Source: Paragordius varius (taxonomy: Eukaryota; Animalia; Nematomorpha). Taken from it: a stretch of 64,000 bases of DNA. The DNA lies in the NCBI GenBank assembly GCA_964247055.1, contig OZ176055.1, positions 2,356,001 to 2,420,000 of the forward strand, given 5' to 3'. Of the stretch, positions 1-12,165 are shown piece by piece. The translations under genes were made by a program, and so were the position numbers. Numbering within the stretch: the stretch's first letter is position 1; each line of letters starts with the position of its first letter. Under the pieces are notes generated by a model. It saw only the letters and a list, made by a program, of their open reading frames with translations, had not been told where the DNA came from and searched no databases.

Positions 1-723
1 CCTGGGTAAGGAGCTACCCGCCAAAAAATGCTCCACTTAATATAAATTGCGTTGTTTTGGAGCTAATTTACAGAAAATTTATGAAGCTATATGATATATT
101 AAAACTTAAAATATTACCCGTAACTAGGTAAAAATTAAGGTCAGGCGTTTGATAGCTGTTAATTTATGGCCTTTGTGCCCTAAAAATATGCCATCATATA
201 ACGATTATTTAGTGTTGATGTACTTTTTCGCATAATTCATGAGACGATGGTATCAAAGATGATTCGAAATATATCTATAAAGGAAAAGAATTCAATTCAG
301 CGCTTTTTCCATATAGGTCTATGGGTAGGGGTCTACCGGTTTAAAACTGAGACGCCATGCATGGTATGGTCTTGGAGCTAATTTTTAAAAACTTAAGAAG
401 CCATACGAGTTCAATAAAGGCTCTAAATAATACTCATAAAAAGGTAAAAATTATAGTATATCGGTTTTTTCCGTTAGCCGTCAATTTGGGGCCCTTACAT
501 CAGTAAACTATATATTAGTATGAATGCACTGTTTGAAAATTCTATGAAGCACCGTATTGAAAATCATATGAGATTATAACTATTAAATATGCTTCGAAAT
601 AATCCACATATGTGGATCACAATTTCGTAGAGCCCTTTTTTCAAATAGCGCCCCCCCCCCCCTCCCAACCAAGAAGCCCGAATAACTTCCTCGGGCTGTG
701 TAGCAGTTCGAGATTTACGCTAG
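1..723 (+). mobile_element. Non-autonomous Helitron, copy 1 (3' part; 5' end lies outside the window)
   Basis: Ends in hairpin CTCGGGCTGTGTAGCAGTTCGAG (690-712) + ATTTACG + CTAG (720-723), followed by T. Colinear with the copies at 25639, 39233 and 58998. Confidence 0.85.
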
Positions 724-845
724 TAAATGAATATATAATAAATCAAGATAATTAAGTTTAAAAATAACAAAATTTATGGTTAAATTCAAAAAAGTTTATG
801 GACCAACTTGAAGTGTTCAAGGACACTCTTGAAGTGAAAATGGTA
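724..845. mobile_element. Right end of TACCATTT-family MITE (subfamily A), cut by Helitron copy 1
   Basis: GGACCAACTTGAAGTGTTCAAGGACACTCTTGAAGTGAAAATGGTA then TA. Segment 724-800 resembles the interior of the copy at 24752-25376. Confidence 0.75.
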
Positions 846-847
846 TA

Positions 848-1290
848 CTAACGGTTTCACCGGCTTCCAAAGGTTCATTATACCCAATACCCCTCTGGTC
901 TCAACAGACACATAGCAGGTCTTATTACCAAGTGATTTAGCCTTGGTATACGATCGGCCTGAAAGGTGTGAAAGCCACGATTTGTTCCGCTTTGGATTTG
1001 CAAATAATCTCTTTTCTTATCCGTCCTAATTCAATGCAAATACGCTTTGGTGACGTTGAAACATGGTTTCAACGATTTTTGATTTGACGTTCAAATTGTT
1101 TAAGAATTAACCGAGTTTATTGGCCTTTCCTGCTTGTAGACGTCTATTCATTGATTTTGCTATATATGTGCTTCTGTCAATCAACGTTGAGTTTGAGTTG
1201 GGTCCTCGTTCAATAAGTCTTGGACTTCATAGTCTTCACATTTTTAGAGTCAACCAAATCGACCACTTTTTACATTAAAATAATAATTTT
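848..1290 (-). pseudogene. Decayed mariner (Tc1/mariner, Mos1-like) transposase fragment
   Basis: Minus-strand translation across frameshifts and stops gives EVQDLLNEDPTQTQR..., YLH*IRTDKK, DQRGIGYNEPLEAGETV. These resemble Mos1 LLDEDDAQTQKQL, FLHRIVTGDEKW and WDQSGVIYYELLKPGETV. Confidence 0.8.
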
Positions 1291-2164
1291 TAAATTTTTG
1301 AATCCATTTTCACCTAGATAAATCGATAGAACATGACCCTATGTTTCTTCCAGCAAACAATGACTTAACAGTTTTTTGGTGAAATAGGAAAAACAATATG
1401 TCCCGTACATATTATTTTGGAAATATCGATATGATTAATAAATATTGGACGTTATTTTTTTGGCGGACTCAACTTGTGTGCTTGTCATTTAATTGATAAA
1501 CAAAATGGCGTTTGTGTCAAATTAATCGGCTGCGTATTTTTCACTGAAGTTTTCTCTTAGTCAATCCTTTATAACTAATAACCACGCATGGTATTTTTGG
1601 AGTGGCTATTAATTAAGGTTTTTCATAACTTGGTCTCAATAAAAAAATTAACACAACATTTAAAAATTATATTTAAGTATTAAAAAGGCAAAAAAAATCA
1701 ATCTTACATCCTGTATCCAATAAAATTTATACAAAACCATTTTAAAAAATGATATACCACTTAAAGTCGAAAACCAACATTTTTAACCTCATATAATTTT
1801 TAACACGGCTTAATCCAATATTTTGTAATTTCTATCGTTATGATGTAAATAGAACCATATATACATAGTGAATTCTAAATTATTGTAATTACATATAATC
1901 TTTGGTTAATTTTGATATAATATACTAACGTCAACAATCGGTTTAACATCATGACTCGTAATAAAATAAAAATCATTATTACATAATTAATGATTTATTT
2001 ATAATTAGCATTAATTTATTTATACATATATACGATCCCCATTCATATGCTAACCTTTTTTACTAGATTAGATCATATTTAATTCCGAAAAATATTTAAT
2101 TGCCTAATTAGCAAAGTTATTAATATTATTTATCTACAGTCATTATGAAAAATTTTGATCAAAA

Positions 2165-5073
2165 ATGTTAGCAACTGTATCTAAACTCCGTAATATTTAT
2201 GGCCAAGTGCCCGATAACAGCAGTGGAGGTTGGGAAGGTGTTCCGATCACAAAAAATTCGTATGAAAGTCAATTTTGTCATGCCAATGGTTTTTATTTTT
2301 CCATATAATTACTCAATTATAGTTTTAAATTTTATATTGTGTTTCAACTTTTCTAAGCGTTCGGCTTTGAAATTATATATATTATGATTTAGACTTGGCT
2401 ATTTACTTAAAACTATATCTATCCTGTTTCCTATTTATATTAATGGATATATTTAACCAGATATGCAATGGCGTTGGGGTGTAAGGGGTGTACATATGTC
2501 CCGGACGCCATAAGTGCTCTGAATTTTACTATAATTTTAATTTTTTCTGCTTGACTTTTTTACATCAACTACAATGAAAGAAGCCATTATTATCCCGGCT
2601 CCGGTAATCACAAATGGTCGCTAAGTCACTGTTATTATAGGGGTTGACTCGATTTAGTGTTTAAAATGTATAAAACTGTTAAAACAGCATATTTTTTTAT
2701 TTCCATTTCCGTTAAATCGATATACTTTTCCTACTGCAGGTAAATGGTTAGCCGTTGCCGTACATTCTCAGGGTGGAGGGGCTTTTATGGTTTTTCCCAT
2801 CAATTTTCACGGGCGCGTTGATGAACGATATCCCCGATTTGTGGGCCATGGGCGACCAATATACGATTTGCGATGGGCCAATTTCAATGAAGACATTGTC
2901 GCATCGGCTAGCGAAGATGCCTGTATAAAATTGTGGCAAATGCCAGAAGGTGGAATCCAAAGTGACACGAAAAAGTGTATTACCACGCTTCAGGGTCATC
3001 GCAAAAAATGTGTGAAGATTGAATGGCATCCCTCGGCGAATGATGTGCTACTCAGTGCTGGGTACGATAAAGCGGTATGATTTTTCTTTAAAGATAATAA
3101 TTAAAATTAATAGATTACGATAAAATTGTATAGTAAGTTTAGATATAAGGTATTGCGCAGTCTTCTGATAAGTTTATTTTTTGGCCCACAAATATTTGAA
3201 GCTATTTTATTAAGTTATCCTACAATACCAAATTTTGTTGTGGGTTTTAAAAGGACGATAACTAAATACAATTGTTTGATGCTGATAAATTTCGTTTTGA
3301 GATAATCTATATATTTTTTGCAAACATCGAATCCTAAAACTGCGCAATTTACGCACAATAACTGTCCTTGGGCGGTCGATGTTAAAGTTTTTGTGACAAG
3401 TTAATTCCTTACCCTTTCAAAAGAAAAAAACTCTAGAATAGGTAAATAAAGGTTATTTTTTTTATTCGAAGTAAAATATTATATATATTCAACAAAAAAT
3501 AGGTGATTGTGTGGAATTGTCAAACAGGAAAACCCATTAAAAGCACGGTTGTAGATGAGTCAGTTTACGATGTTTCATGGAACTATAATGGAGCTTTTGC
3601 AGCATGCACAACCAAAAACAAAACACTTTACGTAATAGATCCCAGGGCAGCCAAAGCAGTAGATTCAGTAACTGCTCATGCAGGTTGCAATCTTTATTTA
3701 ATTCTTTGGAGACTATAAACATTTATAAATTTATATTCCAATAATAAATAATTAATTATAGCAAATTAAATTGCATCCAAATTTATTTGGACCTTTTATA
3801 TCTAATTATAGTGAAAAGTAGCAAGAAATGTGTGGAAAGTTACAATCGTATAATAAATAATGAATAAAAAACAGACTCTTATGCATTATTGCTTATGCTG
3901 AATGTGTTCTTAATAAATATAGTCCCAATTATCATGGTTGGTGAATGCATGCTTTCACGACCGTGATTGAGAGCGCTTTCAAAACTAATTGGTCAAAACA
4001 TAAATAAATTTAGCATATGATGAATATATGAAGAATGGTGCATAAAATAAAGTTCGTAAGATTACGAATTCATTATACTTTTAATCGATTGTCACCAATA
4101 ACATTAACACTAAAAAATGCAATATAATTTTAAAATATCTATATACTTTAAATGACAGAGTTTTAATATCGGTCCGACCAGTTATACTTGTTTGACCAGT
4201 TACATTAACCTTAGAAACAAGTATTTAAGTCTAGTATCTTATGCATTAGTGCTTATGTTAAACGTGTTGTTAATTATTATAAGTCCCAATTATTATGGCT
4301 GGTGAATGTATGCTTTCACGACCGTGATAAGTGCTTTCAGAACTAATTGGTGAAAACATAAATAAAATTAGCATATGATAAAAATAAATATAATTAAGAG
4401 AATGGTGCCTAAAATGAAGCAGTAACATAACGAATTTATCATACTTTCAATCGATTGTCAAAAATAATTTACATTAATTATAAAAAAATTTAATCTAATT
4501 TTATGGAAATTTAACTGGTACTTTGATCGAGTTTTAAAACCGGTCCAATCTATATTGTTTGTCAAGTTATACTACCCTAGAAACTAATATTAAAATATTA
4601 ATCTATATAGGGGCGAAATGTATGAAGGTCGTTTGGTTGGGCAGAAATCCGTATATATGCACTACTGGGTTTTCACGAGTCAGTGAACGTCAAATAGCTG
4701 TATGGGACCAAAGAAAACTAACGTATTTATGTTTCACTTTGCATTATGACCATTTAAATTAAATTTTTGCGATTAAATTGCAAATAAGGACGTATGACTA
4801 ATACATTAATGTATATGGTTTTTGGTAATGTTCATAAACAATTATGATTTACGCGTTATTTAATGAGTCAATTAAAGATATTATATTTTTATTCTATATT
4901 TTATTTGTACCTGGTTTAGTCACCCAAAACGGCGATCCACTACTTACTGTTAGACTGCGCAATTGTTTTAATCTATAAAGCCTACCTTAGAACCGTTAAG
5001 AAACTGTTGTTTAAAAAATTATATGGACTAGGAATATCAATTCAGCTATGAATAAAACTAGCTAAACACCTAT

Positions 5074-5117
<44 letters not shown>

Positions 5118-5895
5118 TAAAATTTTATTTATAAACCAATATATAGTGAAGGGCCAATCCATTTAGAAATCATTGATAGTGCACCAGGCCCCCTCTACCC
5201 ATTTTTTGATACCGACCTATCGGTCCTTTACATTGCAGGAAAAGGCGATGCTAACATACGTTACTACGAATTAAAGAATAGCCCTCCCTATCTCACTGGC
5301 TTAAACCAGTATTCATCCACTGCTCCTCAAAGAGCTCTTGGGTAAAAAATTGTAATGTTTGATGTAAAGTATTCTTAGTAAAAAAAATTTGGTTTTAAGA
5401 ATAGTGACTGTATTTTAATTTTATCGATAAATTGATGGAACAATAAATATAAGAAACAGAAAAATTAATTTTAGTTTGATAATAATGAACCAAAAGATAC
5501 TTTTATATTCGTATTTAACCAGCGTAATAAGTTCCTTGACATTTTTTCTTATAATCTCATAAGTAAATTAATAAAATTTTTCCAAAACAACAATATAATT
5601 TTATGTTAATTTTAATTAAAAACTCAATAGTTTTGTCATAAAACGGTACTGTTCGACGGCTAAATGCGAAATTTTTCGTTTCTTCAAACTCCATGCCAAC
5701 CGAAATTATGTGGAACCATTGTCTATGATTGTACCGCGGAGACCGGATAGCGGTTTTCAAGAAGATTTATACCCTGATACACCAGGCCCTGAGCCAGCCA
5801 TGTCCGTATCAGATTATGAAGGAGGTATGGATAAAGACCCTATTTTAATCCCTTTCCCACAACAGTTTTTACCGGAAGAAACTCAAGAACAATGA
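2165..5895 (+). CDS. CORO: Coronin (WD40 actin-binding protein), 403 aa, 6 exons: 2165-2288, 2740-3074, 3503-3683, 4611-4722, 5147-5341, 5631-5895
   Basis: Spliced product shows SKLRNIYG, ITKNSYESQFCHAN, GGGAFMVFP, GHGRPIYDLRW...IVASASEDACIKLWQ, LYPFFDTD...AGKGDANIRYYE, EPLSMIVPRRPDSGFQEDLYPDT. All introns are GT-AG and phases are consistent (1212 nt). Confidence 0.95.
3866..4590. repeat. Diverged tandem duplication of about 360 bp units in coronin intron 3
   Basis: CTTATGCATTA..GTCCCAATTAT..GCTTTCACGACCGTGAT..AACTAATTGG..ATCGATTGTCA..CGGTCC occurs at about 3876-4215 and again at about 4238-4585. Confidence 0.85.
5085..5115. repeat. (CA)n(TA)n microsatellite in coronin intron 4
   Basis: Direct reading. 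Other (TA)n tracts occur at about 49370-49410, 53757-53788, 55054-55075 and 61517-61532. Confidence 0.95.
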
Positions 5896-6095
5896 ATGAC
5901 ATATGAACAAAAGCCTTTTTAATTGGCCCAAACTTATTACACGTAGTTAATACTTAATGGAAAAAAACAAAAATAAAATTTTACTACTGTATAAATAATA
6001 ATAAATAAATGAATGCGTATTTTATACAATGTAACAATATAATTTATTTAACGTACAAAAAATCAAACGTAAAAATGTGTAGAAAAATAATCTCT

Positions 6096-9000
6096 TCAAG
6101 TTTTATTTGCATCCTTTTTGTAAATGTCAGATAAAAAATTTTCGAGTTCAGACCCATCCATAGTTTTTAGGGATTTGATTGTTGGGACCTAAGTAACATC
6201 AATATATAATATTTTCGATCGAGAAAAAAAGTAATTAAATATATAAATCTGAAAAAATAATATATATCGACAGTTATCATATTTAATATAAATATCATCA
6301 TCATAAAGGGTAGGATTCCGAATTCGGAGTTTTAGTACCACAAAGTAATTCATATTTATAAATATAATTTATCATTACTAAGCAAGAAAACGCAAAATTT
6401 TACACTTGATAACATAAAATAAAGCTTTATGGCTATTTAATGTGTAATAAGCCGATTATTGATTAAATTAATCAATATAATTTAAATAATAGAGGTATAG
6501 GGTTATTATCTTCGAATAGATAATAATAAAAGTATGTTTTAAAATGTATATATATAAATAACTGATTATCTAATAAGAAAAAAATCATGCAATTAAATTG
6601 TCTTTACATTATTTGTATTGGTAGCTTGTAGTTTCTTGACTGATGGTTTGTTTTTATGAGTGGCAGAAAGATCGGACAAAAAATGTAAAATTTCCATTTC
6701 TTTGACGTTTGTAGAATCGTTTCCATTTATTGTTTCTACGGCATTATAATTGCCTTTTGGCGCTGTATTTTTATTGTTTTTGATATCAGTTATTATGCGA
6801 AAATTAATTAAAGCGTCTGAGCTAGAATTAATTGATTGCTTATTATTTAATGCTGTTAAGGGGTTAACATTGGCCGAAATAGAATTTTGTTTTTGTAGTA
6901 AAAAAGATGGTTTTGATAAGCTTAAGTTATCACCTTGATTTGGAACAATATCAACTGTTTTGGGCAATATTAATCTCATTTTACTAGGAACACTATTCTT
7001 TTCCACAATGATCGGAGATGTAGGTCTCTTTGTCTTAGATTCTGGTTTTGTCGGTGAATTGTGTTTCCGCTTTTTCGACCTAAACACGAAAATTGATATA
7101 CCATTTACCATTAAAATTTACCCTTCAACAATTGAAATTCAGCCTCGAAAAATTCAAAATTCACCCTAAAAATTAATTCTGTGTTATCGGGCTAATATAA
7201 CTCATCATTAATATGAAATATATATGTGTGCCCATAGTTCATTATTTCATTATTTTAATTTTATACAACATTTTTTAAAAAATATATAAAATAGGTAATT
7301 TTCAATCTTAAAAAACACATAATTCATTTTTGGGTAAATAATAATTATTCGAAGGTGAATTAAAATTGTTCAAGGGTGGATTCGAGGTGTAAATGGTATA
7401 GTATAAATAAAAATTTGTTAAAAAAATTAAAAAGGTAAAATAATATTTCACCATTATAATTAATTATATATAATTTTTCTTCTTATTATAAAATTAATAA
7501 CTTGATATCATTCTCCATGCCTGATATTTTGGGTTGGCTGGGGTTTGATATGATGTTATTATGATCACCAAATCGATAAACTAAATTAAAATTTGATGCT
7601 TTAGTATCATGAGCTTGTTTATATGTAATGAGATTGGAGTCGAATGATGATGGCTGTTCAATATTTTTAGGTGATATCTTTTTCAAAAAGATATTTTGAG
7701 ATTTTGGGACTATTTTAACATGAGAAATATTCTTATTTAGTGTATTATTGCCATTGTTAATGACTGTGTTTGGTAAAACAATTTTGGTGGTTTCTTTATT
7801 CATATTTATGGGATCAAGTTGTTCCCGACCTATTATAATTATACATTTAATGAGAATGCTAATTTAATTTTTGTTTAAGAAATAATTGATTTACAGTGTA
7901 AGTCAGGAATGATAACAATATCGGAATCTTCAGTTAATTCTGCACTTGATGTCTTGTTTGGATTTGGTTGTTGATGTATTTCAATATTCTCAAGACTAAT
8001 TATTTTGGGATATTCAATGGTTTTGGCAAGTAAATTGTCGTTTTTATCCATTGGTTTGACAATTTTAGTAGTTTCCAGCTTATTGGCTAATAAATTATTC
8101 ATATTCATTTTTAATATAAAATATACTGAAATTAATGGGGTAAAAAAATGAGATAGCTTAAGACCAACGATTTCATTTGCCATAAAAAAATTTATTTGTT
8201 GAAGACCTAGTTTTTGAAATATTGAGAGAAAATAAAAATTGGGTAAACAGTTAAAATTAAGAATTATACAAAAAATAATGAAACAACTTGAGATATTATG
8301 GTTTTTTAACATTTTAGCAGATATTTACAATTTATAAATAGCCTAAAATCATATAGTTAGGGTTTCTATATAATCTCAGTTTAAAAGATGGCGTTTTTCT
8401 TTAAACATATATAAAACAAAAAAAATTTTGAAACGATATTAAAATATTTTTTTAATTATTTACTAGCTAAATTTACTATTAAAATCTTTACATTCATATT
8501 TTATTCGGTAAAATTTATATATTAATTTAAAACTTAAAAAATGTTTTTTATTTTTTATCATCTGGTTTATGAATATATAAAAAAGTTGTTTTATTTTGGA
8601 ATCTTACATGAGCGGGAATCATAAAATATATAATATGCAAAATAAGATTTAGTAGTGGAATATCAACCATTCAATACAAATCCTTTTAACAAATTTGTTT
8701 TAACATAAATTAGCGTTTTTAATAGAATTGGTAGGGATTATTGGTGAAATTCACTACTTGTAAATCCTACTATTTTGTATTAATTTATATACTTTATAAT
8801 TCCCGCTCATGTAATACAAAATAAGACAAATTTTTTAACCAGATTATAAAAAAATAAAAAACAATATTTTTTTTAGTTTTATTTTGCTTGTCGAGATTTT
8901 AATGGTGAGTCTAGCTAGTAAATAATTAAAAAATATATTTTAATATATTTACATAAAAAATTGTTTGTCTTTAAGTATGTTAAAAAAACGCGATGTTTGG

Positions 9001-10890
9001 ATCTGAATTTTTATAATCCTAATTCGACCCGCATCAACTGTACCAAATCTAACCTTTAATTATTGTGCTCAGAAAAAATAGGCTTAGATACTTCGGACAC
9101 ATCAAACGTGCTCCAGAACAATGGACAAATAAAATGTTATCCCTACATCCTGAAGGTAACAATCGCAGGGGTAGACCAACATTTAACTGGGAAAAAACAA
9201 TAAATAATGATTTAAGAGTTGCCAACATTGATGATAACGCCTGGTAGGATCGCAAATATTACAGACAGCTTCTATATGGATACAGTGACTAGCCATTAAA
9301 CAAAGACGATACATCATTATTTAAGGCTATTTACAAATTGTGATTATTGCTAAAATAATAATAAACCATATTATCTCAAGTTTTATCATTATTTTTAAAT
9401 TATACTTTTCACTTTTTGTTCTCTGAATGTTTCAAAAACTAGGTGGTCAACAAATAAAAATATTTGCGGCAAATGTATTCGCAGATCATAAGCTAACTCA
9501 TGAAAAAAAAATTTTTGTTAAAAAATTAACCCTCTTTTTTGCACATAGTGTGATATATAATGCTTTAACTAGATCGTTAAAATATTTTTATTTCAACCAT
9601 TTTATAACTCTTTGAGTAATTCACAAATTATGTATATGTGGTATTTCATCAAAGTAAAATTAAATCAACTCTAAAGTTGAGGGAATTACGCATTGTATTT
9701 ATGAAATTTATTAAAAAAATTAAGCTGAAATGCGTACAAATATATATTTTTTATATTTGTAAGCATTTCAGCTTTATTTTTTTAATAAATTTCATAAATC
9801 AACTCTGTTTTTAATATAATATATCTGCATAATTATTGAAGAGACACAAAGGAAATTATCGGATTTTGCATAAAAATAATTTTTATTATAACATTTCATT
9901 ATATGGATAAAACTATTTATGTATATTATGCGGTAAAACCAAATAAACATTGTTTCTCCCTATTTTATATTGAAAAGTCAAACTTTCTTAGAAAAAATAA
10001 TTATAATTTGGTAATTTTACTAAAAAAATAGTCGTATATACCATATGAGGTGTTATTATATGTTTTCGGGATTACATCTTTTGGTGGCGCCTCTAAAAAT
10101 TCATCCAAATCAAACATAGAAGTTGTTTCATCAATCAAATTTCCAAGCGCTTTTTCATCTATACATTCTTTGGAGTCTAAAAAAATTGTTGTTTAAAATG
10201 AAATATGATTACTTAATAAATTAAACAAAGGTTCAAAATCTGGATCATTTTCAATTTGATCAATCATGTTTGAGAGGGCAGTTTTATCGACAGGTGTGGA
10301 CTTTATTGAAATATTCTGTTAACATAAATTACAAAATATAACCTGTGAATTATTCGTTGATTTGGGTATAGACGCAGTTTTGTTTGGGGTTGTGTAGAGT
10401 GTTTTGTTTATAATATCAGCTAATGAATTTGGAAATTTGTTATCTTCCAATAATTTTTCAATTAAATTCTAAGGAGTAAAATAAATATTTTAACTGGCCA
10501 TTTAATTATTTTAGCGTTTTGTTTTTCGGATTTTTTATTTGGGATTTTAGGTAAAATTGAAACATTTTTTGCCTCAAGTTTTTCCATTATACTTTTACTT
10601 AATTCAGAAATCGAATAAATCATGCCTTTAATATTTTCATAAGTAAAATGTTCTATGATTATTAATTCGTTTAAAACCATTTTGCAGTATTGAAAAGGAA
10701 TACAAGATATTTTGCAAAGAGTTCTGATTTTGGTACTCTGAGTTTTTGTAGGTGCTTAACCACATACACTCATTTTTATAAGTTTCAGCGGTTTTAAGAC
10801 AATTTTGTTGCTTTAAGTGATCTATTATATGATAAAAATAATCAAAAAACCATAAATAAGATTTGAAATAACATGCGGATCAATATACAT
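6096..10890 (-). CDS. NPAT: NPAT/Mxc-like LisH protein (histone locus body scaffold), about 596 aa, 10 exons: 10890-10851, 10821-10678, 10652-10495, 10468-10343, 10315-10213, 10176-10042, 8086-7895, 7829-7502, 7079-6608, 6188-6096
   Basis: N-terminal LisH MYIDPHVISNLIYDHLKQQNCLKTAETYKNE. NLIEKLLEDNKFPNSLADIINKTL resembles NPAT EKILSNKSLQEKLAENINKFL. LSNMIDQIENDPDFEPLFNLL resembles AIQDILEQTESDPAFQALFDLF. Contains CDK-type S/TP sites and C-terminal ELENFLSDIY (NPAT ends MDVDKFLLSLHY). All junctions are GT-AG and in phase (1791 nt). The exon 6 to exon 7 join across 1955 nt is inferred. Confidence 0.75.
7099..7398. mobile_element. TACCATTT-family MITE (subfamily B, 300 bp) in NPAT intron 8
   Basis: TA|TACCATTTACC ... 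GTGTAAATGGTA|TA, with subterminal TTCACCCT / AGGGTGAA repeats. Confidence 0.85.
8350..9020. mobile_element. Fold-back element with long diverged inverted arms (ends approximate)
   Basis: TTACATGAGCGGGAAT (8604) vs ATTCCCGCTCATGTAA (8799). AATTATTTACTAGCTA vs TAGCTAGTAAATAATT. GCGTTTTTCTTTAAACAT vs ATGTTAAAAAAACGC. Confidence 0.75.
9053..9292 (+). pseudogene. 3' fragment of a non-LTR retrotransposon ORF2 (RTE-like), 5'-truncated
   Basis: LRKNRLRYFGHIKR...NRRGRPTFNWEKTINNDL...W*DRKYYR matches the RLRWFGHV.R...RPRGRP..RW...DL...DR..WR tail of RTE-type LINEs. One premature TAG. Confidence 0.8.
9697..9799. repeat. Near-perfect palindrome with about 48 bp arms inside NPAT intron 6
   Basis: ATTTATGAAATTTATTAAAAAAATTAAGCTGAAATGC.TACAAATATA pairs with TATATTTGTA.GCATTTCAGCTTTATTTTTTTAATAAATTTCATAAAT. 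Confidence 0.9.
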
Positions 10891-10989
10891 GTTTCACCTG
10901 GATACCATGCTTTCACAAATTCAAAATTAAACGTCAAAAGCGCGCTACTTGTTTTGCCAGTATCTATGTGATTTGAAATGTATCTGGTG

Positions 10990-11262
10990 CAGAAGTGTTC
11001 AACACAATGGGCTTCGTGGGCCGTATTTTCGACTCAAAAAACCCGGCGGCCTATTTGAAATATATATGGGCATTCATTAGGAATTTATTAGATTGCAAAC
11101 ATAAAATTAGCAATTTTTTCAACTTCTTGCCAATTAGATAGGGTTATTTGGAAAAATTGTTTGGCAATAATCATTTAAGATATTGTGGCCCTATTTTTAT
11201 ATGTTGAATTTCCAAATTTTTAGCGGGCCGCAAATAAAGAGGCCGCGTGTGGACAACCCCTG
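10990..11262. mobile_element. hAT (Charlie-type) MITE about 100 bp upstream of the NPAT start codon
   Basis: Ends CAGAAGTGTTCAAC / GGACAACCCCTG. 8 bp flanks ATCTGGTG / ATCTAGTA are an imperfect TSD resembling the NTCTAGAN Charlie target. Related 5' end at about 47647. Confidence 0.75.
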
Positions 11263-11838
11263 ATCTAGTAATATAATTGGAATAAAAAGTATATATACGA
11301 ATTCGGGATTATTTTATTTATTAACCTATATATTGAAAAAACTATGTTAGCCTTAAATATAAGTGTCATGGTGTGAATTTTAATATCTCTATTTTTATTA
11401 TATAATTCAAACGTACGGATGGTTTATTAGCTAAAAGAGATCGTAAAATTGGAATAATTTAGTCTACGGAGCGATGGCCAATGAAATATTAGAAACTTTC
11501 CCATAAACATTGGACTGCTGCAATGGTTAATTTTGACGGCGGAGATGAAAATTCGTTGGTCCAGAAACCTGATTTTCTAGGCAGTATTTTATAAATTTTT
11601 AAAAATTAACCAGTCAAAAACTTTAGAGGAGTTTATCACGAGAAATATTTTGGGAAACAAATATTTGAAAAATCTGAAGTTTTATAATTTGATTGATTTT
11701 GTTTTATAGATAGAATGTATTTAGAGGTGTTTTGGTAAGTGTATTTAATTTTGTTTTTTATTAATGACAACATATATTTTCAAATTCGTTGGTTGAACTG
11801 GGACGAATACATAAATAATAATTAGACCGTTTAGTATA

Positions 11839-12165
11839 TACCATTTACAGTTCAAATTTACCCTTAAATTCAAATTCACCCTCAAACACCTCAAACAATT
11901 TTCACCCTAATATAAATTAAGGTTTTTTAAGATTAAATAATACTTGTATTTTTTAATTTTTTAAAAAAAAATTTTGATTAAAATTAAAATAATACTGAAA
12001 AAATAATAAACTATGCCATAAAGATATATTTCATATTGATGATGAGTTATATTAATCCCAAAACACATATATTATTAGAGTGAATTCGAATTGTTCAAGG
12101 GTGAATTTGAATTGTTCAAGAATGAATTTGAATTGTTTAAGGGTGAATTTGAATTGTAAATGGTA
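11839..12165. mobile_element. TACCATTT-family MITE (subfamily B, 327 bp)
   Basis: TA|TACCATTTACAG ... AATTGTAAATGGTA|TA, with 21 bp subterminal repeats GAATTGTTCAAGGGTGAATTT. Confidence 0.85.

Noticed and set aside
4010-4130. C/D snoRNA in the coronin intron duplication (ATGATGA at about 4016)
   Set aside because: There is no downstream CTGA D box, and the C box is not conserved in the second copy.
6750-7169. Plus-strand hydrophobic ORFs 6750-6938 and 6960-7169, and ORFs 2199-2387, 2748-3029, 3537-3722, 5557-5760
   Set aside because: They are off-frame or antisense to NPAT-like and coronin exons.
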